From assembly GCF_006345805.1 (NCBI RefSeq), contig NC_043007.1, positions 54,312,001 through 54,376,000 of the forward strand: 64,000 bases of DNA. The letters are read 5' to 3'. Origin of the DNA: Octopus sinensis (lineage: Eukaryota). A program made the translations under genes and the position numbers. Positions 52,163 to 64,000 of this stretch are shown here, in pieces (position 1 is the first letter of the stretch; each line of letters starts with the position of its first letter). Below the pieces are notes generated by a model. The model did not search any database and had not been told where the DNA came from. It was given only the letters and a program-made list of their open reading frames with translations.

Positions 52163-52977
52163 TATGTATAGCCATATATGTGTATACATATGTGTGTGTG
52201 CGTGCGTGCGTGTGTGTGTGTGTGTGGTTCCTGTGTGTGTGTGTGTGTGTGTGGTTCCTGTGTGTGTAAATAACTAAAACTGAGACGCTGCAAGGGTTTT
52301 TCCAGACTTTCCGTTGGATTTTCCATTTCTATAATTGTAAGACTTCTTTCGTTTCAAAAATGCTCTCTCTCTCCCCTCTCTGTTCCTTTTACTCTCTCTT
52401 TCACACACACACACACACATACATACAGACATACTTACACATACATACATATAAACATACATACCTACATGTGTATGTTGTATATAACATGCTCGTGTTT
52501 TTATATAAGCTATCAAAAGCAGAGAGGGAACTGACGTTTAAACATGAACAACATAAGATGTATTTTAATAGGTATGTAGAAGCTAATATTTGTTTTTATC
52601 TCTATTATAAATATCCATCTCGAATATGACAGCTTGTTTGATTTACCACGATAATTGATTTGCGAGCAACTTTCTGTAGTTTAGTGTGAAGGATTGTTTT
52701 TATGAGGTGAAATAATAATAATTATCCATATTTTTTTTTAGTTAAATATAGAGAACGTTTTATTTGTTTTATATACATTTGTTATCCAATAGTTTTCCAA
52801 AATATTTTGAATTAAACCAGTACTGTACAAATGTTGAGGCGCGTGGCTTAGTGATTAGGACACACAAACCGTACGATGGCGGTTTCAGTTCCTCTACCGA
52901 GCGATACATTTAGAGTAAAATACTTCTTTTCATGGCTCGAAAGGGTGGTTCGTTGTTTTTTAAAACTCCTTTGGATC

Positions 52978-53771
52978 TTTAAAAAAAATAGATACCTGTT
53001 TCATGTTGATGTTGAAAATGACGTTCCATTTTCTATTTCAAAAAATGAGAAGAAAGGATTGTAATGGTGATCACTGTCGTGAGGGTAGGGGTAACTTCCC
53101 AGGGAGGGGAGTATAAAAATCATGGATTTTCAGAAATTTTTTCATCATAAATGGTACCACCTCTCATCATAGTGGAAAAAATTGAAAAATCCCCATCAAA
53201 ACTGAAAATGCAACTTATGTGGATAACCTATTCTGAAACTCTGCCAACCCCTTTTCTGAATGTACAAACATATATTATGTCATCATCTAATCATGACTTT
53301 TACATGGTTTCTATGGCTTGATGCCCTTTATATCTCCACTCACTTCACAGAGTGTAATGGATGACTTTTAGTGGGCACTGGCACAAGCAAGGTATTCAAG
53401 TATCTCACAACTGAGGAGTTAATGTTGATGAGAGGTTAAAGTATGATAGAAGGTCAAGAACAGGTATTTTGCAGTGAAGGAGATACATGGTTACCTCTGT
53501 TGGGAAAAGAGAGAAGATGGTAGTAAAGAAGTATCTGAGGATACCCTCAAGTAACTGGAAAGTAAATATAAGAGCAGTGCCAAGAAGATCAGACAGTAGA
53601 TAAGTTCACAAAAGTGTAAGAGGAGGATAGCACATGGATAGAGATGAAGATGCAGTGAATGGGATCATGGGTGGAAATGTCAATAGTAAATATCAGTTTT
53701 GTTGGAGAAAAAGTGGAAACAGTTGGAGGTAGCACAGGTGATGTGAAGTGTGGACAATATGCAAGAGATGT
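52978..53771 (+). repeat. Direct duplication, copy 2
   Basis: Matches 48830-49622. Confidence 0.92.
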
Positions 53772-54473
53772 ACACTGCCAAGTACAAGATCAGGGATAAT
53801 AGGGAAAGAAATAGTGGGAGACAAACATGGACAATGGGGACTACCATTGACAGAAAGAAAGGGTTTATAGGGGAAAAAGTGGAGGTGAAAGAGACATTCT
53901 GTGAAGATAAGGTGGTAAGGGATGATACTGAGAATATAGGAGACAAAGAAAATGGTTACAAGGAGGTTGAGTGATACCATAAAAAAATAGGGTGTGAAAT
54001 AGGTACAGCTCTGCTCTCATTTAATTACTGCAGCTAAATGAATAGTGTCATAGTCAGAAGAGTGGTGAGGTGAGGGTGTTAGAAAGATGAGTTGCAGGGA
54101 AGATTATGTGCAGGAGTATTGACATAAATGATATGGTTTTAGGAGGTCATTCTTAACTATTTCATACATATATTTCATCTATATCAGGTATCACTTATGC
54201 GTAAATTTTCTCTCAACGTATTTGTAATTTGTTATACATGCACACTGACATTGCATGTCTAGCCATCACTTGTCCTCTGTATTTATCACCCTTGTTTCAC
54301 TACTGTGTAACATTACTGTTTATACACAAGTATCATATAATCTGATTTTCACTCTGAGGGAGAGGCCCTTTATTACCTACAGAGGTAATAGTACTTAGAG
54401 CTTTTTCCTTTCTGTTCTTACTCTAACTTCTATACTTTCAGAACACTCTCCCCACTACTAATTAAGCCAAATA

Positions 54474-55687
54474 CGAGGGTGTACCCAAAAGAAACTGGAA
54501 TTTTGCAATATTATTTTATTCATTTAGCTTTACATGTTTACACTTTTATCACCTTCAAAGTATTCTCCATTTGAAGCAATGCATTGATCCAGACATGTTT
54601 TCCACTGTTTGATGCAATCCTGGAACTCTTGCAAAGTGATGCCTTTTAATGCTTCCATTATTTTTTCTTCACTTCTTTCACATCTGCAAAACGTTTTCCT
54701 TTAAGGACTTTTTCCATTTAGGGGAACAAAGAAAAAAAAGTTGCAGGGAGCAGGATCAGTTGAATTGGGAGGATGGGTAAGTGGGATCATGCCATTTTTG
54801 GTCAAAAACTTCTCATACTCAAGGCAGTATGTGCAGGCACATTGTTGTGATGAAACCACAACTCTGCACTTCACCACAAGTTGTAGCATTCTCATCTCAA
54901 TGTGTCTTGCAAACACTTCAGAACTGCCAAGTAAAATGTCTGGTTAATAGTTTGACCAGGGGGAACAAATTCTGCTTTTGGGGGGCATGGTGACATCAAA
55001 TGCTTCCAGGTCATAGCCATAGCAGCAGCTTTTGTCACCAGTGATGACATTCATAAAAAGGTCCAGATCAAATTCCAACTGTTCTTTCGGTTCACAACAT
55101 GCATTCTGTCATGACTGCTTTTGATCTTCTGTGAGCAAGTGAAGCACAAATTTTGCTGCAATTCTTTTCATTCACAATTCTTTGCTCCAAATTCGTTGGC
55201 AGGAGCTCTGGGACATAGCAATCATATCAACAAGTTCGTCAATTGTTTGGCAACAGTCTTCCAAGATCAGTTCATGAATTTTCATGATGTTTTCATTCAT
55301 TCAGGAGGTTGACAGTCACCCTGAACAAGGTTGGTCTTCAAGCGACAAGGGACCATTCCTAAAGCATGAAAACTACTCATAAACTTGTGTTTTGCTCATG
55401 GCAGCGTCCTTGTAAGCTGTTTGAAGCATGACAGATGTTTCAGTTGCCATTTTCTCCAGCAGAAAACAATTTCATGAAAGCATGTTCCTTTGTTTTAGCT
55501 GTTGCAAAAATTAACAAACCGGGGAGAAGCACTGCAAAATAAAAATGCACTACGTATCTGTATGACCCTACTGCTCAACGCTGGTTGACAGACTGATGGC
55601 TGAGGGTCGCATCAAGTGGACTCTTGTGGCAGAAGCCTGAACTACAATGGGCTTGTCTCATTCTGGTTACTTTTGAGTACCTCCTCA
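54474..55687 (-). mobile_element. Mariner transposon with both TIRs, transposase pseudogene
   Basis: TA-flanked TIRs cgagggtgtacccaaaagaaac / gttacttttgagtacctcctca; minus KMATETSVMLQTAYKDAAMSKTQVYE...HPPNSTDPAPCNFF. Confidence 0.9.
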
Positions 55688-56379
55688 TAGTTCACACAAG
55701 CTATCAGCTACCTCTAAGGATCTTCCTAGGCAGTCAAGAAAATCTATTTCCTGTACGTTCTTATTGTGTATTGCTCCTGTGCCTCTGCCATGCACATTGC
55801 TTATTTTCTGTGTTAGCCATTCCACGATTCCATCACACCTCTTGTGTGTCCACAGTTTGCAGTGGGGTCACTGTTTGGAATTCCTATCTACACCTTTTCA
55901 ACATAGTGTACAAAACTATTTACCTGAAAGAATTAGTGGTTTGTCTGTTTTCTTGCATACTAGAACTTTTGTCTTTGTTAAGTTAACTGTAAGACCCTTT
56001 GATTTCAGGTTTTGCTTCCACATTTGGAATTTAAGTTCTAAATCTACTGCAGTTTTAAATAAGAACTAAGTCATCAATGCAGAGAAGATCCCATGGGCAA
56101 CCAGTCTAAAAAGGATCATGATAAACAGGAGGGGACTAAGAATTGAGCCATAGTGAATGACCTGCATACTAAATTTGTTATTGTATACATTGACAACTCT
56201 CACCTTACTGACAATATCCCTGTACATGGCCTGGATAGCTCTTACCAGCCATTTGTCTACTCCTAACTTCTGTGGTAACTACCAGACAAGGGTGCAGGGA
56301 ATCCTGCCAAAGGCTATCTCCATGTCACCTAATGTCAAATACATATGTACATTTGTGTATGTGTGTGTATGTATATATA

Positions 56380-56550
56380 TCACCATCATCATCGTTTAAT
56401 GTCCGTTCTCCATGCTAGCATGGGTCGGACGGTTCGACCGGGGATCTGGGAAGCCAGAAGGCTGCACCAGGCTCCGGTCTTATCTGGCAATGTTTCTACA
56501 GCTGGATGCCCTTCCTAACGCCAACCACTCCGTGAGTGTAGTGGGTGCTT
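56380..56550 (-). mobile_element. RTE-family 3' tail
   Basis: catcatcatcgtttaatgtccgttctccatgctagcatggg...gtagtgggtgcttt. Confidence 0.8.
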
Positions 56551-56762
56551 TATATATATATATATACACATGTGGGTGTGTTTGTACAATATAATATATA
56601 TTACACACACACACACATTTATGCAGCACAGAATTTTGTCAGTGAACAGGTCATGGTTAGAAAGTGATGAAAATATTTTCACAAATTAAATTTAAATGTT
56701 TAAGTGAATCTAACAGTTATTGTGTGTTTTTAAATGGCTTATAAACACCTTCTATGCTGTAA

Positions 56763-56900
56763 TCTCTATATATAAAACTGAAAGCGTTTTTACCTCTTGG
56801 ATCGCTTTCAATGCCACTACATCCCGTCCGATTCGCTCCAAAATTTACAGGGACATGTAGAATGAGGTGACGATGCCCATGGACTATCTTGAAAGGTGTG
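56763..56900 (+). mobile_element. Possible Helitron 5' end
   Basis: A|TCtctatatataaaac resembles the 5' end of 12207-12592; no matching 3' end found. Confidence 0.35.
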
Positions 56901-57475
56901 GTTGCTAGGGGCCATCTTCCTCACTCACGCTATTTCCTCCTTTCCCTCTCTTACTCCCCTTCATATATAACTTTGAGAAGTCCACTCCCGTTATTTAATG
57001 TATTCCCCTCAACTCCCTTTCACTTTCCCTTTATAAGTTCGTCAGACAGCTTTCTTTGATGTATCTGTCTGCATTCATAGGGAGAATTATCATCGCTACC
57101 AACAACACACAATCATGAGTACAAATATTATGAATCAGATATTCATTGCGTTCATTTATATATGTGTGTGTGTGTGTGTTCGATATATAAATATGTATAT
57201 ATAATGTATATATACAAAGTGTATATATCTGTATTTATGTATATTAAACTTTTTAATACTTTTTGATAGTTATATATATTTTTAAACAAATTATAAATGT
57301 AATTTAATAATTTTTATTTTAAATTTGAATAATTTAAATTTTTCAATTTTATATATTTTCTATATTATATTTTTATTTTTATGTTTTTGTTTTTTTGCCT
57401 ATTAGTGGTTTTATCTCTAATTTAATTTATACATATATATATATAATTTGTATATATAATGCATGCACACACACA

Positions 57476-59735
57476 CATGGTATCTTTGTGGTACCAGTGC
57501 CTGTGGCACACAAGAAAACCATCCGAACGTGGCCGTAGCCAGTACCGCATCGACTGGCCTCCGTGCTGTGGGAACATGGTGGCACATAAAAACACCATCC
57601 GAAGACCCGGCAAGACTAGTCAGGTCATAACCCGTGGGCCCTACCTGGGACGTAGTCAGTCCACCTGTACATACCTTCCTTCTTGTGACACTTGTGAAGA
57701 CCTGCTGAGGCAAGTGAAAATCAAATCAAATCAAAACAAATCAAAATAGATGAACATCAATGGAATTTGTATCCTTGTGGTACCAGTGCCGGTGGCACAC
57801 AAGAATCCATCCGAACGTGGCCGTAGTCAGTACCGCTTGTGGTACCAGTGCCGTGGCCGTTCGCCAGCCTCATCTAGCACCTGTGTCGGTGGCACATAAA
57901 AAGTAGTCAGTACCGCTTGTGGTACCAGTGCCGGTGGCACACAAGAATCCATCCGAACATGGCCGTAGTCAGTACCGCATCACTGGCCATCGTGCTGTGG
58001 GCACATAACAAACACCATCCGGTCGTGGCCGGCACATAAAAACACCTTCCGAAGACCCGGCAAGACTAGTCAGGCCATAAACCATGGCCCCTACCTGGGA
58101 CGTAGTCAGTCCACCTGTGCATACCTTCCTCCTTGTGATACTTGTGAAGGCCTGTTGAGGCAAGTGAAAATCAAAATCAAAATCAAATCAAAACAAATCA
58201 AAATAGATGAACATCAATGGAATTTGTATCTTTGTGGTACCAGTGCCGGTGGCACACAAGAGAAAACCATCCGAAAGTGGCCGTAGCCAGTACCGCATCG
58301 ACTGGCCTCCGTGCTGTGGGCACATGACAAACACCATCCGATCGTGGCCGTTCGCCAGCCTCATCTAGCACCTGTGTCGGTGGCACATAAAAACACCATC
58401 CGAAGACCCGGCAAGACTAGTCAGGCCATAACCCATGGCCCCTACCTGGGACGTAGTCAGTCCACCTGTGCATACCTTCCTTCTTGTGACACTTGTGAAG
58501 ACCTGTTGAGGCAAGTGAAAATCAAATCAAAACAAATCAAAATAGATGAACATCAATGGAATCTGTATCTTTGTGGTACCAGTGCCGGTGGCACACACTT
58601 TGTGGTACCAGTGCCGGTGGCACACAAGAGAACCATCCGAACGTGGCCGTAGCCAGTTCTGCATCGACCGGCCTCCGTGCTGTGGGCACGTAACAAACAC
58701 CATCCGATCATGGCCGTTCGCCAGCCTCATCTGGCACCTGTGTCGGTGGCACATAAAAACACCTTCCGAAGACCCGGCAAGACTAGTCAGTCCACCTGTG
58801 CATACCTTCCTTCTTGTGACACTTGTGAAGACCGGTTGAGGCAAGTGAAAATCAAAATCAAATCAAAATAGACAAAATAGATGAACATCAATGGAATTTG
58901 TATCTTGTGGTACCAGTGCCTGTGGCACACAAGAAATCCATCAGTGCCGTAGTCAGTGCGGTGGGCACATGACAAACACCATCCGATCGTGGCCGTTCGC
59001 CAGCCTCATCTAGCACCTGTGTCGGTGGCACATAAAAACACCATCCGAAGACCCGGCAAGACTAGTCAGGCCATAACCCATGGCCCCTACCTGGGACGTA
59101 GTCAGTCCACCTGTGCATACCTTCCTTCTTGTGACACTTGTGAAGACCTGTTGAGGCAAGTGAAAATCAAAACAAATCAAAATAGATGAACATCAATGGA
59201 ATTTGTATCTTTGTGGTACCAGTGCCGGTGGCACGTGGCACATAAGAAAACCATCCGAACGTGGCCGTAGCCAGTACCGCATCGACTGGCCTCCGTGCTG
59301 TGGGCACGTAACAAGCACCATCCGATCGTGGCCGTTTGCCAGCCTCATCTGGCACCTGTGTCGGTGGCACATAAAAACACCATCCGAGCGTGGCCGTCTG
59401 CCAGCCTCGTCTGGCACCTGTGTCGGTGGCACATAAAAACACCATCCGAGCGTGGCCGTCTGCCAGCCTCGTCTGGCACCTGTGTCGGTGGCACATAAAA
59501 AACACCATCCGAGCGTGGCCGTTTGCCAGCCTCGTCTGGCACCTGTGTCGGTGGCACATAAAATCACCCACTACACTCTCGGAGTGGTTGGCGTTAGGAA
59601 GGGCATCCAGCTGTAGAAACACTGCCAGATCTGACTGGACTGGTGCAGCTTTCGGGCTCCCCAGACCCCAGTTGAACCGTCCAACCCATGCTAGCATGGA
59701 AAGCGGACGTTAAATGATGATGATGATGATGATGA
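57476..59735 (+). repeat. Tandem array derived from an RTE 3' end (~290-460-bp units plus ~60-bp subunits)
   Basis: Unit starts near 57480, 57769, 58225, 58565, 58900 and 59205; ends in the standard RTE tail and (GAT)n. Confidence 0.9.
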
Positions 59736-59794
59736 TATATAATGTGTGCATTATGTGGTCGGTCGGTTCAGCTGAAAATATGCACACCTATGAA

Positions 59795-60341
59795 CCCTTT
59801 CGTTACTATATTTCTGACCAAAATACACCCCTTAATTTCTAACATAATCATAAAGTTAGTCTGGTTTCATTAAACAACTATAACTTTTTTATTCATCAAT
59901 ATATTAATGTGATTTTTGGAAGATAATTGAATGAAATGTTCTCAACCAATTCTATACTATAATTTTTGTCACAAAGTGACTCTAATTGCAGGTAGATACA
60001 GGTAAATTCAACAAAATATAAAATCATTAAAATTTTGTTCAAACATCACTATAGAAAATGGGTTATTAGCTAATATTCAGTTGGGTATACAACAAAATTT
60101 TACGATAGAATTTGTTATTCTGGGTAACTTTCTGATACCCATAATAATATTTATGGCAAAATAGTCTTAATTTCATTTAAGGTTGTGGGAAATCATTTAT
60201 ATCGCCGACATATATGTTTCAATGAATACTTTAAAATTAATCTGGGAGGAAAAATAATGTGGAATGATATATTAATCTCATCAGGGAGGAGATTATAAAT
60301 TATCTCTTCACATAACAACTATATTCTTAATGGTAAAAGGG
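59795..60341. mobile_element. Possible piggyBac-type MITE
   Basis: Ends ccctttcgttacta / taatggtaaaaggg are imperfect TIRs; flanks tgaa / tttc are only TTAA-like. Confidence 0.4.
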
Positions 60342-60419
60342 TTTCACTCAATAACTGTAAATAATAACAATAATATTAATAATGATAATCTTTCCTTAAA
60401 TAAAAATATTAATAGTAAT

Positions 60420-60830
60420 ATTACTTGTAATTGTGATCCGAATAGAACATGCATTCTTGACGGAAATTGCACAATTAAAAATGTTTATGAATGCAAAGTT
60501 ACTTCAGGAACTAAAGAATATTTTTATGTTGGACCTTCCTCCACAGAGTTAAGAAAGCGCATTGCCAATCATCTTTCTACATTCAAAGATATTAATAAAT
60601 GTAAACTAATTTGGTATCTCAAAGACTGTAATAAACAATTTTCTTTGGATTGGAAAATTTTGTCAAGACTGTTCCCTTATGATAAGGGCAAATCATTTTG
60701 CCCTCTTTGTACAGATGAACAACTATTTACCCTTTTCTCCAAACACACGCTTGTCAACACCTATAAAGAACGTGTTTTCAGGTGTTTACATTGGAAAAAA
60801 CACACTTTCAGCTATTTCAAATATCTGCCC
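60420..60830 (+). pseudogene. Penelope-like GIY-YIG endonuclease domain
   Basis: CNC...C.LDGNC..KNVY.CKV...YVG.....LRKRIANH.STF...WYLKD....WKI.......C.LC..E...; open reading frame within 60330-60908 but no RT upstream. Confidence 0.85.
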
Positions 60831-61269
60831 TCGTTGCCTAATAATATCTGTAACTTTCACTTTATTCTTTTCATTCTATATATCCCATTCTGTGACTGTT
60901 TAGCATAGTAGAAATAGCAGTTATTGAAGTCCTCTACAGCATATTAGGTGAGCTTAGTTGATAGCAACTGAAAACAAAATGAGGAAAAAAACCTCCAAGG
61001 TGGGGTTGGGGAGGGAATTTCTGAGGTGCAAGTTGACTGGAAACCTGTTGCCCACCAAAATTGTTCCCAATTGGGCCCCACACCTCCTAAGGCTGGCCTT
61101 GCATATATATACATGTAACTGTGTGTGTATGGGTTGCCAGGATTGACATATATATTCACATGTGCGTGTGCACATTTATGGGCACATAAACATATTTATA
61201 TATATTTGTATAGATATGTGTAAAAGTTTTGATGAAAGTGTGTGAATATATATGCCATGTACAGGGACA

Positions 61270-61985
61270 CTGTCAGTAAGGTGAGGGTTGCGCTGGTATG
61301 GTCATGTGGCAAGAATGAATGAGGATAGCTGTGTGAAAAAGTGCCACACCCTAGCGGTTTAGGGAACCTGTGGAAGAGGTAGACCCAGGAAGACCTGGGA
61401 TGAAGTGGTGAAGCACGACCTTCGAACATTAGGCCTCACCGAGGCAATGACTAGTGGCCGAGACTTTTGGAAATATGCTGTGCTTGAGAAGACCCGGCAA
61501 GCCAAATGAGACCATAACCTTGTGGCCTATGCCAGGAGTGTAACCAGTCCACTTATGTGTACCTTTCCTTCATTGGACGCTAAATTCTGCTTGCGAAGAC
61601 CTGTTGCTAGTGGAGCGCTAAGAGCACCATCCAAGCGTGATCGTTGCCAGAGCGGCTAACTGGCTTCTGTGCCAGTGGCATGTAAAAAGGACCATTTGAG
61701 CGTGATTGTAACCATGTAGCATGTGAAAAAAACATTTGAGCGAGGTCATTGCCAGTGCCGCTGGACTGGCTCCTGTACAGGTAGCATGTAAAAAACACCA
61801 TTTGAGCGTGGCCGTTGCCTCGTGGCGGTGGCATGTAAAAGCACCCACTTCACTCTTGGAGTGGTTGGCGTTAGGAAGGGCATCCAGCTGTAGAAAGTCT
61901 GCCAGATCAAGATTGGAGCCTGGTGCAGCCATTGTCCAAACCATGCTAGCATGGAAAGCGGACGTTAAACAATGATGATGATGAT
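61270..61985 (+). mobile_element. RTE LINE 3' portion
   Basis: VRLRWYGHVARMNEDSCVKKCHTLAV*GTCGRGRPRKTWDEVVKHDLRTLGLTEAMTSGRDFWKYAVLEKTRQAK*; UTR repeats; (GAT)n tail. Confidence 0.9.
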
Positions 61986-61993
61986 ACATACTA

Positions 61994-62052
<59 letters not shown>

Positions 62053-62257
62053 CCAGAAATGACCACATGAAAATGATATGAAAAATAAAATTAAAATAAA
62101 AACATCACAACCTTTATCTCAGTATTTGCTTCAACACCACGTTTCTAGTGAAAACCCTACCAGCAATGAGTTTGCCTTGTTTTGGATGGCCCATTTCAAT
62201 AATAATTACTTCTTCCATTCTTCTCCTTAATTTTCTCTCTCTTTTGATTTCTTCCCT

Positions 62258-62722
62258 CCTTGTGGTACCAGTGCCGGTGGCACATAAGAAAACCATCCGA
62301 ACGTGATCGTAGCCAGTACCACAACGACTGGCCTCCATGCTGAGGGCACATAACAAACACCATCCGAGCGTGGCCGTCCGCCAGCCCCGTCTGGCACCTG
62401 TGTCGGTGACACATAAGAAAACACCATCCGAGCGTGGCCGTCAGCCAGCCTCGTCTGGCACCTGTGTCGGTGGCACATAAAAAAAAAACACCATCCGAGT
62501 GTGGCCGTCTGCCAGCCTCGTCTGGCACCTGTGTCGGTGGCACATAAAATGACCTACTACACTCTCGGAGTGTTTGGCGTTAGGAAGGGCATCCAGCTGT
62601 AGAAACACTGCCAGATCTGACTGGCCTGGTGCAGCCTTCGGGCTTGCCAGACCCCAGTTGAACCGTCCAACCCATGCTAGCATGGAAAGCGGACGTTAAA
62701 CGATGATGATGATGATGATGAT
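62258..62722 (+). mobile_element. RTE 3' UTR with ~60-bp subrepeats and tail
   Basis: Same subfamily as 59205-59735. Confidence 0.88.
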
Positions 62723-63894
62723 GTGCTGCTTCCTCTTTCATTTCATCTTGTCGCCTTTGTGATGCTCTCATTCTTAGATATTCTCTCCTCACTGCTGCTT
62801 ACTCTTGTTTCGTCTTGGCACTTTTGTGCTGCTCACTCTCTTAGCATATCTCTCCTTTGTGCAATTAGGTGCTCCTTTCCGTCTTTGGGCCTGTCTTGTG
62901 TCTTGTGCTCATCTCTCTTGTCTCACTTCTTGTGATTAATGTAATAATCTTAATGCATTGTTTAATCTTCTTGCGTCCAGTTTTTCCTGAGTGAGACAGT
63001 CTGTTCTTTGCCTTTGTCTCTCTCTGGCTAACCGTTGCCTTCTGTCTGATTCATTCTCTATAGCAGGTGGATGAGTATATTTAATACAACGGATCACAAA
63101 CTTCAAAACAAATGAGTGTGTGTGTGTGTGTGTGTTATATTTCTATACGTAACCATACAAAGTCCAAAATTACACCGGGTAACATTAACGGCATACACAC
63201 AGACTTGTTATTTTTTTCTACCATCATCTGCGTGTTCTCTATCTCTGTCTGTCTCTCTCTCTCTCCCACTCTCTTTACCGCCTGAAACAAAAGATCTTGA
63301 AAACAAACTTCACCACCTTGGCAAAATTCTTCATTCATAAATATTTAAACATCATTCATTTCACTATTACTTACAGATATTCACACATCATTTGTACTTC
63401 CATTTCACTGTAACTTACTGATATTCCTTATCAAAAACATTTTTAATTCCCTTAAGCTTTTCTTTTATATGATATACCTATTTTCCTTGCATTACTTTAA
63501 CATAGCGTCCGAATTTCATTTCACTATTACTTAGTCATATTTATCAAAAACATGTCTCATGAAAAAAGACCCTCACAAAACAAACGCACAAGATGCATTA
63601 GAAAACGACAATGAGACACGCATGTCTAGGAGATCAGCGACACAGAAAGAAAGCTAGATGTGCATCTGAAACTGAACATCAACGAAATTATAGATAAATA
63701 AAATAACACATACAACTCACTTATTATTGTTATATCATAAACAAACACAAGTTCATGTATAATATTGATCTTCTACTTCAATTATTACATAGTTTTCTCT
63801 TCTAAAAATGCACACGTATAGAAGGAGTAAATTATACATATAATAATACATTCTATGTGGCCCCCGATAGACAATAAAAGTAATTAACCGATTA

Positions 63895-63914
63895 ACAACA
63901 GGTTTTACTGCTAG
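63895..63914 (+). mobile_element. Helitron-like 3' terminus
   Basis: caacaggttttactgCTAG|T. Confidence 0.35.
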
Positions 63915-64000
63915 TATGTGTGTGTGTGTATACATAATCATACATGCATCGTCACACAAAGACAGTTATAAGTATACACATATACACACATGCTTAATCG

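Noticed and set aside
57476-59735. CRISPR-like array
   Set aside because: Eukaryotic context, no unique spacers, no cas genes; units derive from an RTE 3' end
63550-63700. Possible Helitron N-terminal repeat (DALENDNETRMSRRSAT)
   Set aside because: Too short and interrupted to support

Overview
Eukaryotic, AT-rich, almost entirely repetitive DNA; the repeat families look cephalopod (octopus-like), which is an inference from pattern recognition, not a database match. No intact host protein-coding gene could be supported, and most listed ORFs are microsatellite or antisense artefacts. Recognisable content: two long decayed RTE-clade LINEs and many RTE 3' ends, a decayed Ty3/Gypsy element, two mariner elements, a hAT (Charlie/Buster-like) transposase remnant, a Merlin/IS1595-like transposase remnant, non-autonomous Helitrons, several MITE/foldback families, tRNA-derived SINEs, and a high density of Penelope-like element (PLE) remnants (GIY-YIG fragments, tandem and inverted pseudo-LTRs). 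The most notable observation is a set of minimal type I hammerhead ribozyme folds in at least five different PLE-like pLTR families. Three families carry a compensatory U3-A8 core (UUGANAA instead of CUGANGA), two carry canonical cores, and some have long stem II insertions or palindromic stem III. Also notable: a 2.3-kb hierarchical tandem array built from an RTE 3' end, a Gypsy element with non-matching LTRs, TTAGGG tracts centred in foldback MITEs, and an unexplained ~2.5-kb ultra-AT-rich island. Coordinates were counted by hand; element boundaries are approximate unless termini are quoted.
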